From a virus, in the IMG/VR virus record IMGVR_UViG_3300046710_000057, positions 22,339 to 86,338 of that record: DNA of 64,000 nucleotides. One strand, 5' to 3'. A program made the position numbers and the translations under genes. Shown here in pieces: positions 10,307-20,109 of this stretch (its first letter is position 1; every line of letters starts with the position of its first letter). Below the pieces are notes generated by a model. The model worked only from the letters and a program-made list of their open reading frames with translations. It had not been told where the DNA came from and searched no databases.

Positions 10307-10906
10307 TTATTCGGAGTCTGTGACTCCATTGGGCGCTCCTACATTTGGTGCTTTGTAGAGTTCCTTAGCCATTGACAATTGAGACGGAAGCATATTTATC
10401 TTCATCTCAATTGTTTTGCAGAATCCACGCAACATAAAAGCCTTACTTTTTGCAGCGATTCTGCGAGCAGTGATAGCACTCCATGACTCATGAGGATACG
10501 CAACGCCGTTGATTCTGAGTTCCCATTCATCGACATCGCACTCAATAGGTATTGATAACTTGATCGCCGTTGCTGTTGGGATTTTAGGCGTTGTGCGTGT
10601 CGCTGCCGCCTTACCATCAGCTTCTTCATCAAGTATCTGCCGACAGAACTCATAAGCATGAGCATACCACTGTTCGTATTCGGCGTCAATCTCCATCAGT
10701 TCTCGTTCTGCCTCACCCATTTGGTGTATATACCAGGCGGCGTGTGATGGAGCGACAGCCATATCTCTCAAGAGCATATGGGGGTTGTCGTGTGTTTTGG
10801 GATAGAGAATCTTAGCGATTGGAAGTTTGAAGAACTCTGGTGGTAGGGTTCCCAGATCATCTTCAAACTCTTCTTCGTCTACTTCGTCATGAGCATCAAA
10901 ATCCAC
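10307..10906 (-). CDS. Hypothetical protein (possible recombination mediator)
   Basis: Acidic helical ORF directly upstream of SSB; function inferred from position only. Confidence 0.45.
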   Translation of the reverse strand: MDFDAHDEVDEEEFEDDLGTLPPEFFKLPIAKILYPKTHDNPHMLLRDMAVAPSHAAWYIHQMGEAERELMEIDAEYEQWYAHAYEFCRQILDEEADGKAAATRTTPKIPTATAIKLSIPIECDVDEWELRINGVAYPHESWSAITARRIAAKSKAFMLRGFCKTIEMKINMLPSQLSMAKELYKAPNVGAPNGVTDSE

Positions 10907-10910
10907 AGCG

Positions 10911-11438
10911 TCACCTCTTCTTGTAGTGCTTGTCGATTGTTGAAACTACTACACCGGCGTCTTCAAACAACCGAAGACACATACCATCATATACGTCACC
11001 GTTGAGGCATACAACTTCTTTGATGCCTGCATTGATGATTGCACCAGCACATCTCTGACAAGGCACACCACAGTAGCAATACATCGTTGCCCCTTCAGTT
11101 GAGATGCCGACACGCGCAGCCGAGTGAATAGCGTTCTCTTCTCCGTGCTGTGCAGGACAAAGCTCGATGCCTTGTCCACTAGGAATACCCAGTTTCCTAC
11201 GAGGACAATATCCTGCATCTTGACAGAGCGATGAACCAGCCGGTGAGCCATTGAATCCGAATGAGATTATGCGAGTTCCTCGGACAATCACTGCGCCGAC
11301 TTTGCGACTGGCACACTTAGACATCTGACTGGCTTCGTAAGCCAGGTTCATAAAGAACGCATCCCAACTCCCTTGCCTGGTAGGTCTAAGCGTTAGAGCT
11401 TCATTGAACTCAGGGTCTTCCCACCAACAGTTGTTCAT
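10911..11438 (-). CDS. dCMP deaminase
   Basis: SKCASRKVGAVIV, GFNG, QHGEENAI, PCQRC. Confidence 0.93.
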   Translation of the reverse strand: MNNCWWEDPEFNEALTLRPTRQGSWDAFFMNLAYEASQMSKCASRKVGAVIVRGTRIISFGFNGSPAGSSLCQDAGYCPRRKLGIPSGQGIELCPAQHGEENAIHSAARVGISTEGATMYCYCGVPCQRCAGAIINAGIKEVVCLNGDVYDGMCLRLFEDAGVVVSTIDKHYKKR

Positions 11439-11779
11439 GGGGTTTGGCCTGTCTGTTTGATGGCTTCATTCTCCTCTATAATCAACGATTCGAGGATGTC
11501 ACAGTAGTTGCGGATGTCATCAAGACGGCTAGTAATACCCTCAACGCTGTCCTTGCCGGTGCGGAGATAGGTAGCCAGCGAATCTACATGCTTGAACATA
11601 TAGATTCCACAAACTACTTTCGGACCAAGGTCAAGCATTCTACCGACGTGTCTGAAGTTCTCATTGCAGTCAACTCCACCACGGTCGGTTCCTGCATACT
11701 CGACATTCTTATCCCTCATGATCTTGGTACGGCGCTCGTTAGCTGTGTCCGTTACCGCTAGTCTTTCGGTAATGTTCAT
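11435..11779 (-). CDS. Nucleotide modification-associated domain 1-like protein (DUF1599-like)
   Basis: KNVEYA...NF...K...LDDIRNY pattern. Confidence 0.55.
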   Translation of the reverse strand: MNITERLAVTDTANERRTKIMRDKNVEYAGTDRGGVDCNENFRHVGRMLDLGPKVVCGIYMFKHVDSLATYLRTGKDSVEGITSRLDDIRNYCDILESLIIEENEAIKQTGQTP

Positions 11780-11787
11780 GACTCCTC

Positions 11788-12414
11788 CTAGAACGCAAAG
11801 TCTTCTTGCCAGTTTTCTTCGTTGGGCGTTACAATCTCCATACGCTCCAACAACTTGATTAGTTTCACAAGATCGTTGCAGTAGACAGGGTAGTTCCGTT
11901 CGTAGTTGTAGAGCAGAACGGCTGGATGGTACACAGGGAAGATCACGGCTTCCTTGAAGACCGAAACGGAACTGCCACCTTCAACGCCGTGCCATTCGGT
12001 TATCCGAATGTCTGGTGGTGCGCCAAGCACAGCTTGCAACGCTACCGCTCCCATAGGAATGACGAGCTTTGGTTTGACTATCTGTGCCTCTTCAGTAAGC
12101 CAGTGATAGCAGTTCTTCATCTCGTCAAGCGATGGTAGCCGGTTATCAGGCGTCCAGCATTTGACTGTGTTGGTGATGTAGACCTCTTCTCGCTCGTGTC
12201 CAATGGCCTGAAGCATCCGCATCAACCAATTGCCTGCTTGTCCTACAAATGGCTTGCCTGCTTTGTCTTCGTCTTTGCCAGGGTTCTGGCCGACGAACAT
12301 TATCTCTGCACTGGTATCACCAACACCTGCAATGGGGCCGTTACACTTCTCGCGTATCGAGCATTCTTTGCAGTTATGTAGCGTTTCGAGCCAGAGTGAG
12401 GTTTCGTTTGGCAT
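11788..12414 (-). CDS. Uracil-DNA glycosylase family 4 (Fe-S)
   Basis: CKEC, FVGQNPG, PFVG, TNTVKC, YHPA. Confidence 0.92.
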   Translation of the reverse strand: MPNETSLWLETLHNCKECSIREKCNGPIAGVGDTSAEIMFVGQNPGKDEDKAGKPFVGQAGNWLMRMLQAIGHEREEVYITNTVKCWTPDNRLPSLDEMKNCYHWLTEEAQIVKPKLVIPMGAVALQAVLGAPPDIRITEWHGVEGGSSVSVFKEAVIFPVYHPAVLLYNYERNYPVYCNDLVKLIKLLERMEIVTPNEENWQEDFAF

Positions 12415-12790
12415 CGTTTTCCTTTCCCCATTCCATGAACATCACCATGACCGTTCGGAACTCCGGTCTGGCATTGGGAAGAATGAGTTTTTGAGGAATA
12501 GGTTCTTTCTGAACGCCTATGGCACGAATCCGTCCTTCGACAGTTCCGTTCTCCGCCTTGAACTTGACTGCGGTGTTGAGTAGTGTCATAAGATCGCCAG
12601 CCTCGATACCAATGGCATCTGTCTTCGTAGGGACATCCATTATGATGTCAGGTTTTTCTTTGGCACGCTTGAGAATGATCATAATGGTGTCGGTCAGAGA
12701 TCGGCCATTCAATTCTGCCGGTGCGTTCTCTGCCAGCCATTCGTATAGCGTGGTCGCGTCTTCTGGAGAGATGGTTTTCTTCTTGCTCAT
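12374..12790 (-). CDS. Hypothetical protein
   Basis: 138-aa ORF in operon. Confidence 0.6.
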   Translation of the reverse strand: MSKKKTISPEDATTLYEWLAENAPAELNGRSLTDTIMIILKRAKEKPDIIMDVPTKTDAIGIEAGDLMTLLNTAVKFKAENGTVEGRIRAIGVQKEPIPQKLILPNARPEFRTVMVMFMEWGKENDAKRNLTLARNAT

Positions 12791-12804
12791 TGTAAGTACT
12801 CCTG

Positions 12805-13395
12805 CTAAATGTATCGTTGATCAACGTCCTCTTCTGGTATGTCCATCATCTCTGCTAACAAAGGTTTAAGACATTGATCTACAACTCCTTTCACGAACGT
12901 TCGTGACTCTTGCAAATGCTCAGAAGCCTCGGTTATTGAATACCCCTGAAGTAACAGACACAAGATGTCTTTTGCTTCAGGAGGGAGAAGGACTATAACC
13001 TTGTCTAATTCAATGCCGAATATAGTCTCTTCGAGTCTGTCAAGTCGGCTAGGTTCTGGGATTAGATCGCCCCTTGTCATTGTGTTGTTGCCGTCGTGTG
13101 AGTTGTTTGTAACTTCTTCGTCTAGTGAGAGGGACCGCGAAACGAACGTGTGTTTCTTTCTACCCTCTCTTCGTATGAAAACCTGGATATGATTGAGGAG
13201 ACATCCGTTACAGAATGTATCGAACTTCACTCCTCGTTCTGGGTCGAACCTTTCCCAACATCGCCAGACCTTCTCTTCAAGCTCATTCTCCAACAGTTCT
13301 TTGTCCCTAGCTCCAAAAGCGAACTTATTGATAAGCATTTTCACTTTCGGTCGCCAAGCACGCAAAGTTTCTTCAAGGTTTCCTGTGTATGCCAC
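12805..13395 (-). CDS. Phage RNA polymerase sigma-70-family factor
   Basis: Region 2 RFDPERGVKFDTF, SLD motif, region 4 LLQGYSITEASEHL. Confidence 0.85.
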   Translation of the reverse strand: MAYTGNLEETLRAWRPKVKMLINKFAFGARDKELLENELEEKVWRCWERFDPERGVKFDTFCNGCLLNHIQVFIRREGRKKHTFVSRSLSLDEEVTNNSHDGNNTMTRGDLIPEPSRLDRLEETIFGIELDKVIVLLPPEAKDILCLLLQGYSITEASEHLQESRTFVKGVVDQCLKPLLAEMMDIPEEDVDQRYI

Positions 13396-14420
13396 TCTTG
13401 CAGATACACTCCTTCCGAGATGGTCGGAAGGTTTATGAACTCTTCGTAGGAAGTAGTTGCTGGGTCTCGTCCTTCCGGCAGTTGTAGGACACTCACTTCA
13501 GTTCCGTACTGTAACAACAGCGGAATCGCTTTGTAAGCCCCTTCGCGCCCTGCCAGATCGCCGTCGAGAGCCAGGATAGTTCTCTTGTGCCTCTTTGCAA
13601 TTTGAGCGGCTTGCGTGGCTGTTAGACAGCTACCAAATATTACGTCAGCACATCTATTCCAAGTTCCCTGAATATGTATGCCGTCGAAATAACCCTCGCA
13701 AATGAATGATGGTAAATCGTCGTCACCTGTTCTAAGAGTAGCAACGTGAAGCTCTTTCTCCCAACCTTTTGGGTAGCGATACTTGTCGGCCACTCTTTTT
13801 TCGGTGAATAATCGAGCCACAAATGCTATCTGATCTCCTGTATCATCATCGAATACAGGAACAATGATTCTATTCTCATAGAAACCGGATGTGCAATAGC
13901 GAATGTGATCGGTTTGTAGAGCCTTGAATCCTTCTTTGGTGTACCCACGTCCACCTTGTTCTACAGGCGTCGTGAAGAACGTCTCAACCATATTCGTGCT
14001 GCAATGCTTAGGTAGATCGAAACGTTTGTGTTCAGCTTTTGGATGGTCGCCTAATGACTTGAGTTTCTTCGTCAACTGCTCAAGTTCATCGTTAGTCTTT
14101 GACACTGGAGAATCGTCAATTATGATGTGAGCCAGTTCATAGATTGCCTTCTTGATCGGCCAACCTTCCATCCTGGCAACAAACGTGACGATATTCCCTT
14201 TGGCTTGACAGTGCGTACTGAAGCAATGCCAGCAACCGGCACTGGGACCGCGTAGCTTCAGCGAGAATGATGGTGTGGCGTGATCGTCGTGAAAAGGGCA
14301 GTTAGCTACAAACTCATCACCAAGCGCCTCTCCTTGCACGTTGTACTGCTGCATGATAGTAAGGAGGTCTAGGTCAACGACGTGAGTAATGCCTTTGCAC
14401 TTTATGCGAATCTTTGCCAC
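13341..14420 (-). CDS. dnaG: DNA primase (CHC2 zinc finger plus TOPRIM)
   Basis: CPFHDD...PSF...HCF; ICEGYFD; LALDGDLAG. Confidence 0.92.
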   Translation of the reverse strand: MAKIRIKCKGITHVVDLDLLTIMQQYNVQGEALGDEFVANCPFHDDHATPSFSLKLRGPSAGCWHCFSTHCQAKGNIVTFVARMEGWPIKKAIYELAHIIIDDSPVSKTNDELEQLTKKLKSLGDHPKAEHKRFDLPKHCSTNMVETFFTTPVEQGGRGYTKEGFKALQTDHIRYCTSGFYENRIIVPVFDDDTGDQIAFVARLFTEKRVADKYRYPKGWEKELHVATLRTGDDDLPSFICEGYFDGIHIQGTWNRCADVIFGSCLTATQAAQIAKRHKRTILALDGDLAGREGAYKAIPLLLQYGTEVSVLQLPEGRDPATTSYEEFINLPTISEGVYLQEWHTQETLKKLCVLGDRK

Positions 14421-14650
14421 TAGATGTAATCCTGCTGACCACAGTTGGGTTTCCAGACATCTTCTTCGTCTTTACTCTCCCAGCTTAGAGAGAAATCTTC
14501 TCCAACGAAGATTGCACCAGGAATAGTCCAAACACGTTCTGTTTGGCTCCCACACTCACAGACAGGAGGGGTGTGATCGTCCAGCATTCCCATCTTCAAC
14601 TCGATCTTCTTTTTGCATTTGTTACAACGGAAAATGTAGACAGGCATCAC
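14420..14650 (-). CDS. FmdB-family zinc-ribbon protein
   Basis: MPVYIFRCNKC...CECGS...RV. Confidence 0.8.
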   Translation of the reverse strand: MMPVYIFRCNKCKKKIELKMGMLDDHTPPVCECGSQTERVWTIPGAIFVGEDFSLSWESKDEEDVWKPNCGQQDYI

Positions 14651-14668
14651 AGCCCCTCCTTGATTCGG

Positions 14669-15058
14669 TTATTCTTGCTTCTTGAATGGGAGATCGCACT
14701 TGTCCTTGTTTGGACAGTTATCACAATCCAACGGCTCTCCGTCAGGCGGAACTTCTGGTGCGGTCTTCTTCTTCATAATGCCCAACACGCCGTTAAGGGC
14801 GCTTGAGAAATCGAATGCCGCCATCATAGTTTCAGCTAGACCTACCATGAATCGCCGCATTCGTTCGTCACGTCGCAGTCTGACATACTCTGCGATCACT
14901 TTGACAAGAGTGATGACATATATGGCTAGGGCAAATCCTGCCACAACAAAGAACATATCTTCTGGCGCACCCAGAAAATACAGTAGCAACTCGGTCGCCG
15001 TTAAAGCAAGCACGATTGCTACATCAACGATGTTTCTCTTTACTGCTTGTAGCAGCAT
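14669..15058 (-). CDS. Membrane protein with C-terminal CxxCxxxxxC
   Basis: Two hydrophobic helices; CDNCPNKDKC. Confidence 0.6.
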   Translation of the reverse strand: MLLQAVKRNIVDVAIVLALTATELLLYFLGAPEDMFFVVAGFALAIYVITLVKVIAEYVRLRRDERMRRFMVGLAETMMAAFDFSSALNGVLGIMKKKTAPEVPPDGEPLDCDNCPNKDKCDLPFKKQE

Positions 15059-15059
15059 C

Positions 15060-15227
15060 TTACGACCTCCGCTTTCTGATTATGTAACCTACAAGGCCAA
15101 CGAACCCAGCACCTAAAGCTATCATAGATGACGGTTCGTACACCACTGGACATGGTGGTTTTGGTTTAGCTACGGCAGCCGTAGCTAATACCATACATGC
15201 ACCTATCAATACGAGCAGCTTGCACAT
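15060..15227 (-). CDS. 55-aa signal peptide plus PEP-CTERM-like protein (not in ORF track)
   Basis: GGAGG RBS; MCKLLVLIGACMVLATAAVA-KPKPPCPVV-YEPSSMIALGAGFVGLVGYII-RKRRS. Confidence 0.8.
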   Translation of the reverse strand: MCKLLVLIGACMVLATAAVAKPKPPCPVVYEPSSMIALGAGFVGLVGYIIRKRRS

Positions 15228-15238
15228 GGGCGTTCCTC

Positions 15239-16672
15239 CTAGAACACGATGTTTGGAGTTACCGAAGTGGTATCTGTTATCTGCCTTCTGATGAAGGTCG
15301 AACGTGCAAAATCTGTATGCACGTAAGCAATGAGATTGTCCTTTCCGTCTCTCACTTTGCTGATCTTTAAGTATGCTTCTTCATTGTTGGCGTGCTCCTC
15401 GTTTCTTATGATATGTATGACATAGTGTGCCGGTTGAGCGATCAAGTACGACAGTCCTATGTCCGCATTCGAGACCTCTTCGATCTTCTTCTTTGCGGCA
15501 GACACATGGTTCTGAACCAGAATCCACATTCCGATTCCTCGACCGCCTCGTGAATTGGTCAGCTTCCTGGCCTTACCCATCAGTGCTGCCGTTATTGCTC
15601 CTTGTGAATCCCAGGATAGACTACTCCGTCCATGTGCCATGTTGTCTGGACTTACCAAACCTTGATGGTCAATAATTACCATGTCAGGTCTCCAATCGCC
15701 GAATCTATTGACGATGATAGACTCTATGACGTTTGGCGTAGCTCCTTCTGGGATGTCAACGATCTTCAGTCGCGCTCCGAGGTCCGCACGCGATTGCTCC
15801 ATGTTTGCCACCCAAGACGGAACCCAGTCAGGGCAACCTTCGTCTGGTAAGGCGGCGAACTTGAATAGGTTATAGGGTAACTGACACAAGCGAGCGTAGT
15901 ATTTGAACTTGATAAGCTGGAGCGACGACTCAATGGTGAACTGACAAACATTATAGCCGTGTGTAAGCGCAGTAGCTCCGATGTCCACAGCCAAGGTAGT
16001 CTTTCCTCTTCCTGAAGGAGCGGCAATGATTCCTGTCTCTCCCCAGTGAATACCTTGGGTTTCTTGGTCAAACTCTGGAATCCCTGTAGGGATTCCGATA
16101 AAGTCCTCTGGATGTAGTCGTTTGTATTCAATCCATTGAAGGTCTTCTTCATAATCAAAGAGGTCTCCAATAACGATTCCTTCGGCGTTATCGAGTTCTT
16201 CGATCTTGAGCAGGGACGATCTGAGTTCCTTGAGTCCATCGGTGACTTCTCCTTTGACAACTAAATCGGCGAATGTTCCACCAATGTCAACGATCTCACG
16301 GTTCCGGTAAAGGGCAACCAAGCGTTTGGCAATCGCCATGCCTTCGTCTTTTGGAAGCGGTTCTGTCTGAAGCAGCCGGTCAATAAGGATGTCGTAGTTC
16401 TCATGAATCTTCTCGCGCTCTTCCGGTGACTTATCGCTTTCAGCCGTCTCTTCGTGCAGGATGGACATTAGCATATCTTTGGAAGGAATACACCCATCAC
16501 TGCGGTATCGCTTGACGACATTGAAGGCAATCCAGCGTAGGTCTCCTGCTGTAAACCATTGCCTACCGTGCTTAAAATCCCACATCGTCATGATCTCGTT
16601 GACTGTTTGTTGTCCAACGAGCATCCCTGCCGCCAATCGGCGCTCAAGTGTTACATCTTGGGTTTCCAGCAT
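15239..16672 (-). CDS. dnaB: Replicative DNA helicase, DnaB-like
   Basis: PTGIPEFD, Walker A AAPSGRGKT, FTIE, VIIDH, ISKVRDG. Confidence 0.9.
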   Translation of the reverse strand: MLETQDVTLERRLAAGMLVGQQTVNEIMTMWDFKHGRQWFTAGDLRWIAFNVVKRYRSDGCIPSKDMLMSILHEETAESDKSPEEREKIHENYDILIDRLLQTEPLPKDEGMAIAKRLVALYRNREIVDIGGTFADLVVKGEVTDGLKELRSSLLKIEELDNAEGIVIGDLFDYEEDLQWIEYKRLHPEDFIGIPTGIPEFDQETQGIHWGETGIIAAPSGRGKTTLAVDIGATALTHGYNVCQFTIESSLQLIKFKYYARLCQLPYNLFKFAALPDEGCPDWVPSWVANMEQSRADLGARLKIVDIPEGATPNVIESIIVNRFGDWRPDMVIIDHQGLVSPDNMAHGRSSLSWDSQGAITAALMGKARKLTNSRGGRGIGMWILVQNHVSAAKKKIEEVSNADIGLSYLIAQPAHYVIHIIRNEEHANNEEAYLKISKVRDGKDNLIAYVHTDFARSTFIRRQITDTTSVTPNIVF

Positions 16673-17322
16673 TACTCAGCCTTCTCCTTCTCTTCTTTGG
16701 CGGCTTGTGCTTCTGTTTTCAGCAGCCATTGTTTGTTGACATCGGAGAAGATGCTGAACATCTCAATGATTCGAGATGTCTGAACTTGATCTGGAGGTAC
16801 AGACGTGGCAAGGAACGTAGACTTGCGGTGATCGCGTCTCGTTCTGAGTATCGAAAGTAGCGTGCTTGTAGGCGGAGTCAACGACACACTATCAATGAAC
16901 AGTATATCGTACGATGCAAGAATGTTCTTTAGTTCCGCATATTCTGATTCGCCCTTCAAGAACAGAAGGTCGTCCAATATTGTATCATAGTTACCACGCC
17001 ACACTCGATACCTGCGCATCAATGTCCCAGGGTCAATCGCTGCCGACTTGAGTATGGCACAACCAAACATAGTCTTGCCGGTCTTTGCTGCACCGATTAG
17101 CGTCACACCTCTGCCCTGTGATATGCGCTCGCTAAGATGGTCAACATAATCACATACATCAAGATACGCTCGGTTGTTACCGATGTGTTTATTGATGTCG
17201 CTACGCTTGATGTCCCAAAACTCCTGGGGGATATTGGCCGTGGCGTAAGCTATATCCCTCGGATGCGCTCCCTTGGCAACAAGTTCTTGTGCCAATTGTA
17301 CCTCAAGACTGGGCATCTTCAT
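16672..17322 (-). CDS. DnaC/IstB-like ATPase (helicase loader)
   Basis: GAAKTGKT Walker A, ILFID Walker B; adjacent to dnaB. Confidence 0.8.
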   Translation of the reverse strand: MKMPSLEVQLAQELVAKGAHPRDIAYATANIPQEFWDIKRSDINKHIGNNRAYLDVCDYVDHLSERISQGRGVTLIGAAKTGKTMFGCAILKSAAIDPGTLMRRYRVWRGNYDTILDDLLFLKGESEYAELKNILASYDILFIDSVSLTPPTSTLLSILRTRRDHRKSTFLATSVPPDQVQTSRIIEMFSIFSDVNKQWLLKTEAQAAKEEKEKAE

Positions 17323-17539
17323 GCTCCTTCTTGTAGTGTGCTTTAGCGAACTCTAATGCAGAAGCATCGTCTACAACTGTTTCATCACCGACAAAATTGG
17401 CCGCACAGTAGACACACGATTTCCGATAACAGTAACCGTAACCACGTTCGTCTCCATGACAACGATAATATGTGCCACAATCTTGAACGACGGCTCTAAA
17501 ACGTTTACGGCAAGGTGGGAGACTGTCAAATAGGCTCAT
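17303..17539 (-). CDS. Hypothetical Cys-rich protein
   Basis: 78-aa ORF coupled to fabG. Confidence 0.55.
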   Translation of the reverse strand: MSLFDSLPPCRKRFRAVVQDCGTYYRCHGDERGYGYCYRKSCVYCAANFVGDETVVDDASALEFAKAHYKKEHEDAQS

Positions 17540-18303
17540 AGACTTGTACCCCCATCAATCACGAACGTCTGACCAGTGATAAAGTCGGCATCTGGCGAGC
17601 ATAGATAGTCTACCATTGCAGCAACTTCTTCCGGCTTGCCGAGTCTACCCATTGGGATAGTCTCTTTCCAATCAGAATCGGCGACTGTACCCTCGAATCG
17701 TTTCTGGATATTCTGGATTGGCGGAGTGTCGATCAGACCAGGAGCGATAGCGTTGACCTTTATGCCATAGTGCATTAGTTCCACTGCCATACTTCGAGTG
17801 AAACCTATGATACCGGCCTTCGTTGCAGCATACACAGCCTGTCCTATATAGCCGCGCAGCCCACTTATACTAGAGACATTGATGATGCGTCCGCTTCGCT
17901 GCCTCATCATTTGCTTGGCTACAAACTTAGTCATGAAGATCAAGCTAGTGAGGTTAATGTTAATGAAATCGTTGATCTGATTATCAGAGGTCCGAACCAG
18001 CAGACTCTCTTGCATAACGCCAGCGTTGTTGACCAGAATGTCAATTTTCTTGTATGTGGCTATGATCTCATCAATGTCTGTTTCAAGATGATTGCGGTCT
18101 GTGATGTCACGTCTAATGACGCGCAACTTCAAACTAGACTGCGTACACTGATCAACGGCAGTCTCCCACAGTTTGTTCATCGACTCTTCGGTCCTGGTCA
18201 GAACGATGACGTTTGCTCCGTGTTCAAGAAATCGTAATGTGATTGCTGTTCCAATGCCGCCTGCGCCTGTTACCACTACAGTCGAGTTGTCATACCAGTT
18301 CAT
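17536..18303 (-). CDS. fabG: 3-oxoacyl-ACP reductase (SDR)
   Basis: TGAGGIG, LVNNAG, NVSS, YAATK, NAIAPG, IPMGRLG..EEVA, FITGQ..VIDGG. Confidence 0.85.
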   Translation of the reverse strand: MNWYDNSTVVVTGAGGIGTAITLRFLEHGANVIVLTRTEESMNKLWETAVDQCTQSSLKLRVIRRDITDRNHLETDIDEIIATYKKIDILVNNAGVMQESLLVRTSDNQINDFININLTSLIFMTKFVAKQMMRQRSGRIINVSSISGLRGYIGQAVYAATKAGIIGFTRSMAVELMHYGIKVNAIAPGLIDTPPIQNIQKRFEGTVADSDWKETIPMGRLGKPEEVAAMVDYLCSPDADFITGQTFVIDGGTSL

Positions 18304-18410
18304 TATGTAACACTCCAAATCAACACACCGACAGCAACCAAAATTGCACACCCTGCAATCTTGAGAAATGTATCAAACCACTCCGTAGGTTCGCCCCCTG
18401 ACCATTCCAT

Positions 18411-18893
18411 TTATTGCTTTCCTCTGACCACATGAATCAAGTTGCCTTCCTGGTCATACGCCTCTCCAGACTCAGGAAGTTCCAATAGGACTTGTCCATC
18501 CTCTTTGAACACTTCGTCTACAGTCTTGCCTGTCTCTATGACATAGTACCCTGTTGAGCCTTCGTTCACAAACGTTGATTTGTAATAGTTGACGTTGGCT
18601 GCCAGTAAGAGGTATCCAGGGGCGCAAATGTCATCGAGATTTGTCAATCCCCATGTGACATAGTGTTCGTAGTTGAGACCGTGCCGATCACAAAACACCT
18701 TGAGGTCTCGACACGAATCGAAAAGTTTCCCATCAATGTGGATGTGATTAGCTTGCTCGCCGTATTCTTCACCTCGTATTTCCCTATACAGTCTTCGCCA
18801 AGCGTATACGATTGCTCGGTACTTGTCCGATTTTGATGTTCGTGATACCTGTAGACATCTTGTTAGCTCTTTGTCGAGATCAAAGTCAGCCAT
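18411..18893 (-). CDS. Hypothetical protein
   Basis: ORF with AGAGGAG RBS. Confidence 0.6.
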   Translation of the reverse strand: MADFDLDKELTRCLQVSRTSKSDKYRAIVYAWRRLYREIRGEEYGEQANHIHIDGKLFDSCRDLKVFCDRHGLNYEHYVTWGLTNLDDICAPGYLLLAANVNYYKSTFVNEGSTGYYVIETGKTVDEVFKEDGQVLLELPESGEAYDQEGNLIHVVRGKQ

Positions 18894-18910
18894 TATGGAC
18901 CATCTCCTCT

Positions 18911-19855
18911 TTATGCTGGCTGATAGGCGACAACCTCCGCCCAAGAGACAGTACTAGTTCCCTCTTTTGTAACTTTGAGTCCTGCTGCTGTGTTCGCTAG
19001 TCGCACTACGTCTTTGAACTCGTAGCCTTTGATTTGTGCAAGGGCAACCATAGCAATGACAGTATCACCGGCTCCGACCACACTCTTCTCTTCTACCTTG
19101 AGAGCTTCTACAGAGAGCATCTCTTTTTCAGAGCAACTAAGAGCGTACAGGCCGTGCCAACCATCTGTTATAATAAGGGTCTGCCAAGCATAATGATTCA
19201 TCAACTCACGAACTGCTTCTTCAGATACCGAGATACTAGCTTCGCCTACGATCTCTCTAAACTCTTTCGAGTTGACGATCACTGTGTCTACATTGTAGTA
19301 GAAGCCGATGTTTTGCGGCTTTGGATTGGCAATGACCGGAATCCTTTTGGTCTCACTGATGTCGAGGATTCGCTGCATCAAACGTTCAGTGACTACTCCC
19401 TTGTTGTAGTCAGAGACTATGATAGCATCGAGGTTCCTGGGTATCAGGTTAGACTCGATTTCCAGATCGACAACAACCTCAGAATCATAGTCGATACGAT
19501 TGATCGGACGACCGTCTTGATCTATGTATCGCAACTTGAACGTTGTGCTGTCAGAGTTTGGCATAAGATAGGGTCGAATACCGGCACGTTGTACCTCGTT
19601 ACTCAACCATTCGGAATGCTCATCATATTCATATACGCCGACCGAGCCAATAAGTGTACACTTGGCTCCTAGATCAATGACATTCATCGCAACGTTAGCT
19701 GCCATACCTGGAGAAGCTGTGTTTTCAACGATTCGATACACTGGTACTTCTACCGCAGAGTGTTCTGGCGAATGTTGATAGCGAACTTCTACCTTGTGGT
19801 ATCCATCCACACAAACGTCGCCTATGACCAAGATGTGAGGTTGTCGTTTTGTCAT
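18911..19855 (-). CDS. rfaE: HldE/RfaE domain I-like sugar kinase (PfkB family)
   Basis: VIGDVCVD, GMAANVA, SDYNKG, NPK, VVGAGDT, ANTAAG. Confidence 0.85.
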   Translation of the reverse strand: MTKRQPHILVIGDVCVDGYHKVEVRYQHSPEHSAVEVPVYRIVENTASPGMAANVAMNVIDLGAKCTLIGSVGVYEYDEHSEWLSNEVQRAGIRPYLMPNSDSTTFKLRYIDQDGRPINRIDYDSEVVVDLEIESNLIPRNLDAIIVSDYNKGVVTERLMQRILDISETKRIPVIANPKPQNIGFYYNVDTVIVNSKEFREIVGEASISVSEEAVRELMNHYAWQTLIITDGWHGLYALSCSEKEMLSVEALKVEEKSVVGAGDTVIAMVALAQIKGYEFKDVVRLANTAAGLKVTKEGTSTVSWAEVVAYQPA

Positions 19856-20109
19856 TTCTTCTTTCTCCAGAGCTTAGCCAGCCATTTTTGGTGGACGGCC
19901 TCGTCGCTTGCCTGTGCTTCCGCCAGTTGCTTTTCGAGGTTTACTATCTGCCTTTCGCAATCCGCCATCCGCAGATTTTCTTGACTTGCCATTTTGTACG
20001 CGGCGTCGCGTAACGACTGGTATATCTCTCTCAGCCGCTTTTGATGTGAAAGCTGATGCTCCAACTGCGATTTCAGGTCCAAGTATTTGGATTGCGTCGT
20101 TGAACTCAT
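19852..20109 (-). CDS. Coiled-coil hypothetical protein
   Basis: Heptad-rich; stop overlaps rfaE ATG (ATGA); nested in the next ORF. Confidence 0.55.
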   Translation of the reverse strand: MSSTTQSKYLDLKSQLEHQLSHQKRLREIYQSLRDAAYKMASQENLRMADCERQIVNLEKQLAEAQASDEAVHQKWLAKLWRKKK

